Of a stretch of DNA of 64,000 nt, positions 27,276-41,000 are shown in pieces. Position 1 is the stretch's first letter. Each line of letters begins with the position of its first letter. The notes under the pieces were generated by a model, which had not been told where the DNA came from, did no database searches, and worked only from the letters and a program-made list of their open reading frames with translations. Location of the stretch: NCBI GenBank assembly GCA_050273025.1, contig CP158635.1:17608001-17672000 (forward strand), read 5' to 3'. The DNA comes from Cenococcum geophilum. Taxonomy: Eukaryota. The position numbers and the translations under genes were made by a program.

Positions 27276-30111
27276 CTCCTTCCGATGCATGATGTATAGC
27301 TGCTACACCATCGTTGTCTCTTTCGTTAACATCACAACCTTGCTCTAATAGCCGACCGACGGCGTCTAATAACCCAGTAGAAGATGCATGATGCAAGGCA
27401 TTTTCAGGGGGAGTGGAACCTGCCCAACGAGTCCGGATTGAGGATATCTCGTAGAGTCGAGTTGCATATATGATTCCACCTGCGGACAAAGGGAACGAGC
27501 CCGGATTTTTGTACGTATAACCCCCGAATAGCCTAAAATGCACACGCATTTTTCTGAGTTGAAAAATCGAACTTAAGAATGCACTGTCTCGCGAAAGGAC
27601 ATCATCAACCAGGGGCAGGATATTGTCAGGAGCTCCGCATTCAAAAAGATGATAGTCAAAGAATTGAGCTGCGTAGCCAGCAAATGGGTACTTATAATGG
27701 ACCTCGAGTAGCTTGGATGGCGCGGTTTGAAGGTATCTTAGGCAAATTCGGGAAAGCTGTTGATGTGCGGATGCAGGATTCGCGATCGAGTCCCAGGTGC
27801 CTCCATATATGGATCCGCGAAGGCCATCTGTAAAGAACTCTTGCACTGAGAAGTGTATCGGGCGGATCGTTCCGAGCCGATCATAATTAGCTTCCTCGAG
27901 CAGACCGCAGCAAGCATCGAGAATCACCTCGACCGGGTAGTCTCTTGCGTCCCGCTCGCTTTTATCTCCAGCTGTTGCAAGTGCTGCCTGTAATGTTCGA
28001 GCTTCCAATGGTTCTTTGGCGTATATGACACACATCAAACTGTTTATCGCAAGATCTCTCATGTAAGGGATCTGACATTCGATACGATGGACTAATCGGT
28101 CGTAGGTGTCGTCCAGGCCATTTGGTAGCTTTTCCAGTGCATCTTCAATCTGCTGGTCGTTTTTCGTCCGACTACTCCAACAAAGACTTTCCAGTTGCAG
28201 ATTGACCCAGAGGAACCTATTTCATAATAAGAATAAAGGGATCTATACCGTATGCAGAACCTATAAACTTACATTCCATCTGCCTTGCTTACCAACGTAT
28301 CGATGATTTTTCCTTGTAGCTTGTCGCTAGTTAAATAGAGCCTCTTCCCATTCCAACCTCCAGGGAGCTTTGCTTTTGCAACCTCATCGCGAACGTAGAG
28401 CGCGATGTCTGCTGCAACATTCTTTGCTTCGATCTGGACTGTGGAAGTTTTGCCCTCGAAGGCTTCGACAATGTCTGCCTCCCTTCTACTCGTGATAAAG
28501 ATTTTAGCGCATTGCAGTTCTGCGACGACTTTGTCAATGAAGCCAATGATACGATGCCTTTCGTGCTCGGGACACTCATCAAGAGCGTCAAGTACAATAA
28601 AAACTTCCCTGAAGGGTTTGGCAAGAGAGACGAATGAATCCGGATTACTTGCAGTCAAGTTGCTGTGGGAATCGTGCCTCAACCTTAAGAGCTCACTAGG
28701 GATACAGTCCTTCTTCTGACACAGCTGTTTAATTAGAGCCCCTACAACAATGCTGGAGTCGCCTAACTCGGGCTCGCGGTAGTTGTAGTAAGCAAAAGAT
28801 ATACCGACGTTATCATGCAGGGCGAATTCTGTAGTGATGTGTTCCAAGACGTTTGAGCTTCAGAAAATATTAGAAAGTGGAACTTGACGGATTTGCCGTA
28901 TGGGGACATACGCAAGAACGGACTTGCCTGCACCAGCTACGCCTAAATTGAGCTAATTCTGTACGCGGAGCCCGTGGATAAAACTCACGTTTGCCATAGC
29001 ACCAAAGAAGGGATGATTGCTGACTATTCAACCACCCTTCAAACTCCGTCCTTTGGAGTAACCAGGCCCCTGTGCCTCCGTGTTTCTTTGCGTATATGTC
29101 ATCGTGGACTTTCTCAAAGTCGACTTTGGAAATCCAGTCAAGGAATTCTGATCTTTCTTTCCCTGTGTTGAAATTAGCGTAATGGCTCCACTTCTGAGAC
29201 ACTTCACCCGGACCCCATCTTCTTCTACAATTTCTCGTTGAGGGATGAGAAGTCCTTACACCCACTATGGCATCCCGTGCTTAAATAACATGCCTCACTA
29301 TAAGTAACTTACTTTTATCTGCTTCTCGCGAGAAATTTAACAACGATGCTTGGGCAGAGTGTTGCAGCACGCCTAGGTGATGATCTAATTTCGCTTTCAT
29401 TGAACCGAACTCTGACTCAAATGGCACCCATTGGTGGCGGAAGAATACCCTAAACGACGTCAATTTCCGTCGGTGCCCATGAGCATTCATAAAAATTGTA
29501 TAGGCCTTCCTGCAGAACTCAATCAAATCGCCATAGACCATCGCAACCATTTCCTGCAGCGATTCTATGTCATGAGAGGCCGTTGCATAATCTGCGAGAG
29601 GTGCGAGATAATCCTCAAACTCGCAAATCATATCAGTCAATTTTTTGAAGAAACACACAAAATTTATGGCGATGTCGAGAACAACACGCACGGCTCCGAC
29701 AACGATACACGAAGTCTCAGGATTCGACTGTATACCGATGGCGACCCCTCCCATGAACCGATTGAGGAGTTCCAGGAACTTAGCGATACGTTCGGCTTGA
29801 GGGCGAAAAGGGGAGCTGTGCTGATGCTGCTCATCAAGGCTTCGAGCTATTGCTAGCAGGTTGTTTTCGTCCATCGTCTTCGCAGCCACTCGGAAGGCCT
29901 CCTTTTCATTATCTGGAATCTTGTCAAGCTGCCTTTGTATTGCCAGTGCAAGGGCTCGGTTTCTCAGCACTGCCGTTGTCGTAGTAGGTGCCTGCGAGGG
30001 CGGCGATGCAGAGGATGCGGCCGTTGGGGTCTTAGGCCGCGATTTGGGTTGAGCATGCCGCGTGCCTCGCTGCAGCCGAAATACCGTGGAGAGCAAATCA
30101 AGTTTGGGCAT
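26302..30111 (-). CDS. Fungal NLR: N-terminal helical domain, NACHT, winged helix, ankyrin repeats; exons 30111-29313, 29162-28989, 28936-28912, 28857-28273, 28216-26302; C-terminus shortened by a RIP-type stop
   Basis: Splicing gives LLWCYGKPGAGKSVLAS (Walker A), FIVLDALDEC (Walker B), KIFITSR, ADGMFLWV, IHFSVQEF, then ~10 near-identical 33-aa ANK units. All four introns are GT-AG. Confidence 0.9.
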
Positions 30112-30558
30112 CTTTGACGAGATTTCGAGTTCCCAAAGAAATAGTGCCGGAGAGTGTCACCTAACGACCGTAGTACTAAGTTTGTACAGGTCCTTAAAAG
30201 CGAAGGATGCTATCCCTTCGTGTGGCAAGTTTTTCATGGACTTTTCGTATATGCACGCCTCAGAAGCCAATCTAGAGGCTCCATACCGTATAGAGCTTGG
30301 TATTGAAGCCTCTAATCAGTGCGGTTGCTCGGCAGTAAGGGCGCTGGCGCCTCATTGACGCTTGGATATCGAATAGCAGCTGGTTGAACCGTTTAACCAC
30401 TTATAGCACTTAATACGCCTTATTTAACGTATATAGCACGTCCTCCCTTTTAACCTTAAGCTAGTCCTTTACTAGCTTATTATTATTAATATTAAGAACA
30501 CGTATAAGCGGATAGGTAGTAGTAATTTAAGGGAGGACTCTAATAGAGGATTTTCCTA

Positions 30559-30955
30559 ACGTAGTCGGTAAGCAAGTGGGCCATGCAAGCATCCGGGCCA
30601 CCGCAAAACCCCACCAAAAAAAACCAAAAATCGGTCTTTAATATCTTAACAACGGCTTAATAATAAATTATAAAATTTTATAATTAGACTCTTATACTTA
30701 CTTTAAGACCTCTATTAGAGTTTTGGAGTAATTACTTAAGCCATTATTAATATATTAAGATTTAGCTCTTAAATCTAAGCCAAATTATTATATCTTAAGA
30801 ACCACTTATTAAATTACTTTAAAACTTTAATATAGGTCTTAAGGTAAGTATAAGAGTCTAATTATATAATTTTATAATTTATTATTAAGCCGTTGTTAAG
30901 ATATTAAAGACCAATTTTTGGTTTTTTTGGTGGCCCACTTGCTTACCGACTACGT
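30559..30955. mobile_element. MITE of Tc1/mariner (Fot1/pogo-like) type with long internal palindrome
   Basis: TIR acgtagtcggtaagcaagtgggcca at both ends, TA at both flanks (30557-30558, 30956-30957), ~90-bp inner inverted arms. Confidence 0.92.
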
Positions 30956-31014
30956 TATATAATTAGTAGCTGATTAATAGAGGGTGGGTGGGAACCTATA
31001 GTTATAACGTTATA

Positions 31015-31899
31015 TATTACGGCTTTGACGATGGCTCTGGAAGAGTCCTCCACATGCGTTTTCCTGCTTACATAAGCAGACTCCTTTGGTTCGGTCTCCG
31101 CAGCAACTACTTCGGTATCTGTAGATATAGGCATATATTAAGGCCTATATTCCTCGTAGTTAGATTCCATAGCTTCATTCATTCATTCCAATATCATTTA
31201 GTTCATCAGGCTTTTTGCCTAACTTCCTTAAAATATATATATAGGTGTTTTTAGTAGTGGCCTTCTACGGCATTTTATCGGCATCGCAATATTGACGCGT
31301 TTTGGTAAGGCTCGCTAATAAAATTACGCTAGCTAGGGTGCCTGTAGCATGCTAACCCAGGCAGGAGCGCCCAAAGCGCCCAATACGAAAAGTCCGTTCT
31401 GCCACACAAAAGGTATCGGAGGTCCGGGTTATGGCTTGGCATAACCTCGGGTTACGCACGACCCCCCAAGGTCCTCGACATATCGTCCAAATATTACCCC
31501 CCCCTTGGGTGGTGGCCCCTACTTTTCGGACGCGTTTTTGAGGCCGAGGTTAGTACTAGGTTAGTATAGAGGGCCCTAGAGAGTTTCTGGGGAAATTAGA
31601 CTAAAAGGTAGTAGAAAAACTAAGTAAAAAGACTATAATTGTTCGGCACTGGCAGAAAATGGCAGAACTTGGTTGGCAGAACTTAGCAGAGCTTTGCAGT
31701 CCTCCGTACTGGCAAGGTGCTACAGATTGCCGCATATTGCGGTCACGTGACGCGAAGATCTTATAAAACATCGAGCGGCGCTACTCTTCTTCTCCTTTCC
31801 TTTCTCTAGCTTTAGATCCTCGTTTATAGACAATCCAATCGTATAGGCTTGCGCGTCCCTCTTACTGTGCTTGTGCCTTAATTGACTGAGTCGCTAACA
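31015..31899. mobile_element. Putative solo LTR or LTR-like remnant
   Basis: Begins tattac (RIP'd tgttac) and ends ...gctaaca. Contains gtcacgtgac and a TATAAAA box at ~31742-31768. No convincing TSD found. Confidence 0.4.
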
Positions 31900-32285
31900 A
31901 TAATAGTTATTTTTTTTCTCTATTAAAAGTAGAAAAAAACTACTAGAAAAAAGAACTTATTAGGCTTTTATTGGCAAAAAAGCCAGAAAAGGCTATTTTC
32001 CTTTTACTAAGGAAAATCTAACTAAAGGAGATATAGAAAAGTACCTACACCCCTATTTTATTAGACTTTTGCTTTATTAAAAGAAAACCCTAAGAAAAGT
32101 CTATTTTTTAGCTTTAGTGTTCCTATCTATTGGTTATACAAGGTGATATCACGTAGCTACGGTTCGTAGATAGTATGATGATGATTATTCTGTCTTGATG
32201 TAGAAAGCAAAGGATCGTAAGGATCGCAGTGCCTAAGTAGGGGGCTGATAAGTCACCATAAGGGTGACTAATCAGAGACAATATA

Positions 32286-32709
32286 ACGTGTTTTATCACT
32301 TATCCGCCAAAATCAGTTATCCGCCAGCCCCAAAAACCACCAAAAATTGGAAGAACTGCACCTTGATATCTTAACAACGGCTTAATAATAAATTCTGAAA
32401 TTTCATAATTAGCCTTTTATGCCTACGTTAAGACACTTAATAAAATTCTAGCGTAATAAGCCTGGCCGTTATTAAGATATTAGGTTTTGGCCCCCAATTT
32501 TAAGCTAAATTGCGATATCTCTAGAGCTACTTAATAGATTACTTTTTAAATTTAATAGAAGGTTTAAAATAGGTATAAAAGGCTAATTATAAAGTTTCAG
32601 AATTTATTATTAAGCCGTTATTGAGATATCAAGATGCAGTTTTTCCAATTTTTGGTGGTTTTTGAGGCTGGCGGATGACTGATTTTGGCGGATGAGTGAT
32701 AAAACACGT
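32286..32709. mobile_element. Second Fot1/pogo-like MITE, inserted in the left LTR
   Basis: TIR acgtgttttatcact.atccgccaaaatcagt... at both ends with TA TSD. The uninterrupted LTR at ~43495 reads caatataacctc with a single TA site. Confidence 0.92.
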
Positions 32710-32721
32710 TAACCTCTATCT

Positions 32722-33327
32722 TTACCTCAGCGAGCTCAGACGTGAATTTGATTGGAGCGGATGTTCCTTCGGCCCGTCAGCAAGCTGACTAACATCCACC
32801 AAAATCACGTCTGAGAGCCTTTGGCGAGTTTTGTTAAAAGCGTAAGCAAAAATCTTAGTTTTAGCAACTTTATAAGGGGATTTCCTCCACGACATAATAA
32901 AATAAGCTTATTTAAAATTCGTCAAAATTTTTTTAGGGGGCTACTTTATATATTATTTGCCTTTAAATTACATTATCCCCTCCCAAATCTAAGATTAATT
33001 TCGTTAAAGTTGAAATTCCCGTTGTTAAAAGCGTAAGCACCTTTATATATAGGCCTATATAGGCCCATATAAAGGTATATAAAGCCTAAATTCTCACTAA
33101 TCTATAGACCTAGATCTCCCGAGTAATTTGATATAATTTTTACCTTAAGAGACGTTGTAGGGATCTTAATCAATTTCGTTGAAAATTGTGAGTTTTCCTA
33201 TATAAAAAACGCTTGTGCTTCCATACAAATCTCGCCAAAGTCCCTCAGACTAAGAAATCGATCAAATATCCGAAGGAGATTAGCGCGCCAGCGCAATCGA
33301 TTTCCTAGTATGAGTCTACTGAGGTAA
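32722..33327. mobile_element. Non-autonomous Mutator-like DNA element (606 bp), inserted in the same LTR
   Basis: Termini ttacctcagcgagctca and tgagtctactgaggtaa are inverted. 9-bp TSD cctctatct (32713-32721, 33328-33336); the right LTR has one copy (cctctatcc). Confidence 0.85.
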
Positions 33328-35095
33328 CCTCTATCTATACATTCCGACACTAGCAGTTCTTTCTTTATGCTTGTGGCGCTGCAGAAAGGCGGCAAAGTGT
33401 TAGTTTAGCTATAGGTAGAAGCAGCAAAAGTCTGTTCGGGTAGTAATACGGTACCAGCGGCGGTAGTAATAGTGGTTAGGCATAGAGCTTGTCTATCAGT
33501 CGGTCGGTTAATCGTAGGCGTATAGGCACGATCGTTTGGTCGGTAGATCGCAGGTATATTAGCGCAATCAGTATCGTAATAGTAGGCATAGCGGCGCTAT
33601 CAGTTTGTCGATGGTATATAGTAGTACAGTGCCAGCGTAGGGTCGGTTCCGTAGGTAGATTGGCACAGAGTCTTGTTATAGGGTTGGTTTACAGGCGTAT
33701 CGGCGCGACAGTTGTCAGATTTAGGTAGCAGTACAGTGCGAGCGTTAGGTGGTTCTATAATAAGTTCATTTATTTAACCTACCCCTTTATTATATCGTCC
33801 GCAGGGTGCTTAATTGCGGCTAAAGTTTCGGTTATAGTTTCAGCCTTAATTTTAATTGTGGTAGTAGCAATCCGTATAGAAGGTAGTATATACTCTTTAA
33901 CTAGGGTATTCCTTCTCCTATATAACGGTTAAAGACTATAAAGGAATTCCCTAGTAAGCTATAAACAACTTATTATCTATATAGATCTCTATAATTATAG
34001 CCACCTCCTTACTATATCTAGGTCTTTGCCTAGGTCCTTACTCTACACTATGCATGGCCGGTTTAGGTGGTGTATATATATATAGCTGCTGCGGTTGCTG
34101 TGGAGGTTCTTATAGTGGTTCTTATGGAGATTATTACGGAGATTACTGCGGAGGTTCTTGCGGTGGTTCTTACGGAAATTATTGCGGAGATTACTGCGGA
34201 GGTTGCTGTAGAGGTTCTTGTTAAGCTTGCTGCTAATAGGTTAGGATATCGTTTATAGATCTAGCTTATTATGCTAGTTGTTTAGGTACGATAGGGGTTA
34301 AAGGAAACGTCTTGGCGCTTAAGTAGAACAGAGCTTAAGGCATAGGTTAAGATACGGTAGCTTAAGGAACTTGAGGTGTTTAATAGCCTAAGGTTGTCTA
34401 TGGTGGTTGCGGAGATTTTTATGGTGGAAGCAATAGATACAGAACGTAAGAACTTATACGTAGTTAGTGCTTAATCTCTTATGTAGTCTATTTATGCTCT
34501 TCTTTTACGTTAAGGACTTACTAAATATTGTCTCTAATAGTACCCCCGTTTATAGATATAAACACTCTATTCTCCTATAGGAAGTCTTAAAAATCCTAAA
34601 TAATATTAACATTGCTAAGTGCCTAGGTGTTAGCGGTCCATCCTATAAAATCTTCCCTAAAATATTCCTATAGCTGTAAATCGGCGTAGTATCTACTTTA
34701 GTAGAATATAATATAGTGTAGGAGAAAGCTATTAACTTGTTTTGCGGTATAAGTTATTATATTAATAGTAAATTTGTCCTAATCTTTATTGATAAGTTTC
34801 GCGTACGCAGCTACCCCTAGTAGTAAGGAGTCTTTTTAGTTATTTAGAGTAGCCATATTTTCGGAGAAAGGGAAGTATTATTAGTGTAGGGATTGTCGTT
34901 TGGTACGCGTTTGTGGTTTAGTACGTATTTGTGGTTTGGTACGCGTTTGTGACGTATATTTGCGATTATCCCTTGCAACGTTAGGGTCCTTAGAGTAGGT
35001 GGTCCGTGCGGGAACACTGTTTTCAAATCAACGCTTATTAGTTACACCACCACCATGCCTTCTAATCGTGCTAGAATTAATACACACCTTGTTTA

Positions 35096-38000
35096 GAAGA
35101 CTTAATGCGATGTCCCCCCAAATAAGACTGCAAAACAGCTTCTCCTAAGCCCTACCGTTGCCCAAATTCGAACCTCTCCAATTGGGACCACTATATTTCT
35201 GAGCACGGGTACCGAATTCAGCTAATCTAATTGGTTAATTCTTATCGATAACCTAAGGACCTATTTTGACATTGCAAGGGATAGGGCTTAGGACTAGTTC
35301 TGGCCTTAAATTGCGAAGACTTAATATGCGGAACGTTGATCCCCTAATGTAAATTTTGACTTGAGTTTATAAGTAATAAGCTAATTAATTTTAGAGCTTT
35401 ATTATATAGACTTTAATTAATATATATAGAGATAAGGTTTTCCAGGGGGAGACCCCCTGGGACCCCCCTATATAGAGCTTTTGCTTAATTTAAAAGTGGT
35501 AGTAAGAGTAAGGCGCCTTAGTTACTGCTAGGTAAGGATCTACTATAGTAACTAAGGCGCCCTACTTAAGCTAGGCTTAAGGATTATATTAGTTACGAAT
35601 TTAGTATATATTTAAACTATAGAGCTTTAATATAAAGCCCTCTACGTAGGATCTAATATAGTAGATTATAATTCCAATTTAAAGCTTTATATACTAAATA
35701 TTTTTAATGCCTAATAACTAAATCGCCGCATAGCTGAAATTAAAGTAAGTCTACTACCCTAACTCGATTAAATACGCGTGTAGGAAGAGATATAACTGTA
35801 TACAGAGACGTCTAATATAATTAAGTAACTACGTTATTGCCTACCTAGTTCAGACGTACGATAACGCGATGGCTCGGTGATAATGTAATAGCTTGGCGCC
35901 GAGTAATGGGAGGGGGGAGGAGGGGGAGGAGATTGGGGGTGGCTCGGCCACTATAAGAAGGTCGTGATATTAGTGTGGTGTTGAACTTTAAAAATCGTGT
36001 CCTGGGAGCTTAATTGACGACCCCTATATAAAACGTTAATAATGTTTAATTATAGAGCTTTAAACCGGCAGATCTCCTAGGAATACCTATTATAAGTAGC
36101 TCCGAGTGCAAAATCTAGAATATTTAGTAGTGGTGTAAGTATAGGATGGGGGTATATATTTATATTCCCAAACGTTATCACGTGACGCAATTTTTGGGTG
36201 ACGAAAACCGCCGTTAATATTGCTCGACTAACACCTACCGGAGGTTCCTCTGTCCTTCCTATCTCCTCTCTTACCCGTCTCCTCATCAGATGCTATCTAT
36301 ATCGCCACGTCGACTAATAGATCCCTTAGTGGAGACTGGGGAGGGGTATTAGAGCGCCCCTAGCTCTTATAAGGAAGAAGAAAGAAGAAGAGAGGAAGGT
36401 GTAGAGGAGGGAGTATTTATAGACGGGAGGAGGCCTGCGAGTATAGGAGATTAGGCAGCTATAATATAGCTAGTGACGTTGCTTGACTAACACATACTGG
36501 AGGCTCCTCCGTCCTTTCTGTCCTCTCTCGCCTGTCTTATCGTCCGATACTGTCTATATTGCTACGTTAACCAATAAATCCCTTAGTGGGGACTAGGGAG
36601 GGGTATTAGAGCACCTCTAGCTCTTATAAGGAAGAAGAAAGGAGAAGAGAGGAAGGTATAAAGGAGGGAGTATTTATAGACGGGAGGAGGCCCTGCGAGT
36701 ACGCGATTTGGTAAGTACTAATAGTATAAGATTCTTATATAAGATAGGCTTGATTGCTTACTAAAATATGGGGTGTCTCTGTTATTATAGTGGCTACTAC
36801 AGTAGTAGAGACGCCTTAAATATTTAATGTAACCGACTACTGAGGCTGTCGATAAGTGAAAGGTAGGCTACCGATGTGGTGCGAACGATGTAGTTGTTGA
36901 TATTATTTATAGCCTGTTTTTGCTTTTAGTGTACGCGTAAATCGTCCTTGTATTTGGCGTAAAGCTGGTTATAGGCAGTAAGCTGGTTTGGGTCTAGCTT
37001 TGCTATTAATGTAGCTGTGGGTAGTATATCCCTTGGTGTAGGCCAACTTAGTAGTTCTGGCTTTAGAAGATCGTCTTTCTTCTTAGATGGGTTAATATAC
37101 TGCTATACCTCGTTAGTTTTAGCTATGTCTTAAATAATAAAGAACCATTAAATCCAATTAGATAGCTTATTAAGGATAAGGTTGATTTTTAATTTGGTAG
37201 AGGTTATCATTTTTAGAATTTGATAGGTCAGGAAGGGTCTAGGTTAGGGTTTAGCTAGCGTCTTAGTAAAACCTTATTTGGACGTTCCGAACTTTTAATT
37301 TAATTTGTTAGTTTATTTGTTAGTTGGGTACGTTTATTAACTTAGGTTAATCGTCCGTTTGTTTAATAGGTAAAGAAACTTAAGACACTATAAAGGTGGT
37401 AGAAGTAGTGACTTCTTAAATAAGGTAGTAGATTAATTGCTTAGTAAGTAGTTGGTTACATTTAACGATTTAGACTTCGCATCACTAAAATCCAAAATTT
37501 TGTTACGGGGAGCGCGATTAATGACCCCTACTAATAGCTCTAACTACGTCTAATTTTTAATTTATAAATCGGCAGATCTATAGGCAACAGTTATTGCAAG
37601 TAGCTCTAGGTGCGGTATATATAAAATCTTAACTATAGTGTAGAGAAGTTGTGGCTGCTAATATACGGTCCTAAGTAGTATGTATTTTTGGAGGTTACGT
37701 AACTCCTTATATAAGCGACATTTCCGCCCTTTAAAAAAAAAATTGAAAAATTCCAAAAATTGATTAACGCTATAGACAGTAGTAATATTGATCCGGCAAT
37801 ACTGCCAATTCTCTCTGTATACTATTGTATGTATATCTAACAGCTCTAGAAGCGGTAAAAAGGTAGGACGGATAGGGGGGTTAAAATTTAGAAAATTGGA
37901 TTTCGCGGTTAAGCTGTTTAAAAGTTAGGAAGCTAAGATAAATGCCGTATTCTTTGCTTACCTCCGAGCTAGTATATGATTTCCTAATTAGGAAAAGTCG

Positions 38001-41000
38001 TTTATAAGTAGTTGCTGCTGCCTCCATATAAAATCTTCTTATTATACCTCTTTGGTCTTACTTGTAGATGACTAAAATCGTTCTATATTAAACCCACGTT
38101 TAAATATAAGCCCTAAAAGCTTCTTAACTCGTGAGATTGCTATATAGGTTAGCCCGGCTATCTTATCCTTTTCCTTAATATCTAGAACTACCTAGTTAAG
38201 TGTTAGGCCCTGGCTTTTATATACGGTAAGAGCAAAAGCTAAAGTGACTGGAAATTGACGCCGTAAGCAAGAGCCTTTTATACCCTCCTACTTATAAAGT
38301 ATGGAAAATATAGGGACGACTTTCTTACTATCCTGCTGAGTGAATAGGGCAGGTCCGCTGTACCCATCTATTGTAATTAGTAGTGACTAAGGCTGATCCT
38401 TTTTAATATCCGCGTGTCCCTTCTATACGATATCTTTAACTATACCAGTAGTACCGTTTACTAAGCCTAGTTTAACCCAGATATTTTATATTAGTATTAT
38501 TTTCGTGCTAATATATAGGGCTAGATTATCTATAGTATTGCACTAATTAGGAGTAACTTTCTGCGTACCTATACTAGTGTTAACTAACCTAATAGCCACT
38601 ACTGGCTGTAAAAGGTCGCGAAGCTAAGTAGTGTTATACTTACCTATAGCAGCGCGTGTGCTATATAGCCGAATTGCGTTGTTAAAGCCCGCAACTTTAT
38701 TGGTGGATAGGCCCTGCTTATACCTAGTTAAAAGAAGCTTCTAGGTCAAATCACTTATAGAATCACTACGTAGCTCCGTAAAGGCGGTCCTAAATACAGA
38801 GCTCTTAGCGTCATCACTGCCCTGCCGCATAACTTGATTCAAGACAGTAGTTCGGTCAATTGCCTTATAGGCTCCTTTTCCGTAGCTGGCGAGCTCTGAC
38901 GGCCTAGCGGGTAGATTACTATATAAGGCCGCCTGATTTACAGGGGGAAGCTGATGGAAATCGCCTACTAGCAAGATATTTAAGCCTTTAAAGTAGTTGT
39001 TGTTACGCGCAGGGTAGATCTAACAAAGGCGGCAATTAATCCAGGCTAGATATACTTGCCCAATTATAGATTTCTTGTTAAGGACGAGATAGTAAATATC
39101 CTTAAAAGCTTGCTATAGAGGTATAAGACTGGTAGTAGGCAATTTCTTAAACGGGCAATTTACTGGCAACCTTAATAGATTATATATAGTTCTGCCGTTA
39201 ATATTAAAAGCAGCTACCCTAGTAGGGGCCGCTTAAGCCAATAGTATTAGCTTACTATTAGCCCTTACTATATTACAGAGCGTAGTAGAAAGAATAGCAA
39301 TAAGATGTGATTTGCCGGTTCCTGCCTCTCTATCAATATTAATCTATAGTAGGGAGGGACTAAGGCCTACTTAGATCTGCCTATAGTAATTAACTATAAT
39401 ATTATAGATATAACGCTGGCCTAGTTATAAAGAGGACGGAGTCACTGTTTAGAATAGGCGGCTTTATAGTAGAGGCTATAGCCATACTTCCTACTAATAA
39501 GTCCTCTTATTAAGCTGTGGGTATATACCCCAATACGTACTCCAGTCGTAGTTACAATTAAGCTCCCTATTACCAAGCCTATTAGGATCCTTAATTTTAA
39601 CTCCGTCGGTATTTTAAATGCGGGCATATAGGGCCTTAAAGGACTAGTATAGCTTTAAGTTGTCTATAAAATCGCCCTTAAACTTATTAATATTATTAGC
39701 AGTTTCGCGACCTTTCTCTAGTTTTTAATTGCAGAAGTAGTTGGGTGGGTGCTAATAAGAGTTAACATAAGCCTAATAGGAAGCCATATAATTAGGGGCC
39801 CCGAATCCATTAGTATAAGTAGCCACTTCCTTATACTCCCTCTATAGATGATAAAGAATAAGCTTTATACGGCAGAACTTAGGATACTACAGATAAAAAG
39901 GATCGCCCTTATATCGCGGAAAGTACGATATAACTTAAGGCCTTACTCTTAGTCAACGCTTATAAGTAGAGTGATTAAAATAGAGTAGAAAATTGAGGAA
40001 AGTAATGTCCTCTACCCTATCTAAACAGCGCTTATATTTCTTATAGTTAGATAGTCCGTACCCTCTTAGTTGCCCATCCTTAAGCTTATATATAGCGCTT
40101 TAATTATCCTCCTAGCGGTAGTTTAAAGTTACTATATTCCTTAAGCCTTCGGAAAGTGGAATATTAAGAAGTAGATAGCATACCTTCTACACTAACCAAT
40201 CACGTTTAGTAATAAGCTTATTTATAAACTTAGCTACTACTAAACTAAAGGTATAAAGACTGTTAGCGTGCGGCTATACTAATTAGAGTAACTCTTAGTA
40301 GGAAGTCAACTTCTTCTCTTCCTTACTGCAATATTTGCCTATATAGTTAACTATTACTAATATGCTTATAGCGGGCGACGTATTAATATTTGCCATCCAC
40401 GCCAGTATTATAGCTGCATTATAGCTATTAAGAAGCTTATCATTACGCTATAGATAGAACATCTAGTAATATAGATTTTAATCCTTTAATATAGCGGCCT
40501 TATTACAAAGAGAGCGTGGAAAGTAGAAGCGGCACTCCTTTACTCTAGCGGAGCCTTTCTTTAATCTTAAGTAGTAAGACTTAGTATAATTACGGTGCTG
40601 TTGAAATCGATTAAGGCAGGCAGTAAGAAGCTTATTAGTATTAAGCTATTCTTTATAGCTAAGAGTAGAAGGATATTAAAGATTAGGAGGCCTAGATTAA
40701 TTAGGATTCATTACGGATATAAAAGCAGCCCAGTGCTTAGCAAAAGTAGCCCTTAATTCACCAGTTAACAGATCTAGCTTTAGGGCTATTAAACTCTATA
40801 AGAAGCCATATATATAGCCGCTACCTCGCACCTGCCACTTATATCGGGACCAAAAGTCAGTGCTATTAAATAGACCTATAAGCACGTGCTTCCTAAATAG
40901 ATCGAAGCGGCGATATAGCCAGTAAGCAGTAATATGCGGATTATTATTAAGATTCTAAGAAGCAATCTAGTAGCGTTAAGCCTTATTAGCAGCCTTATAT

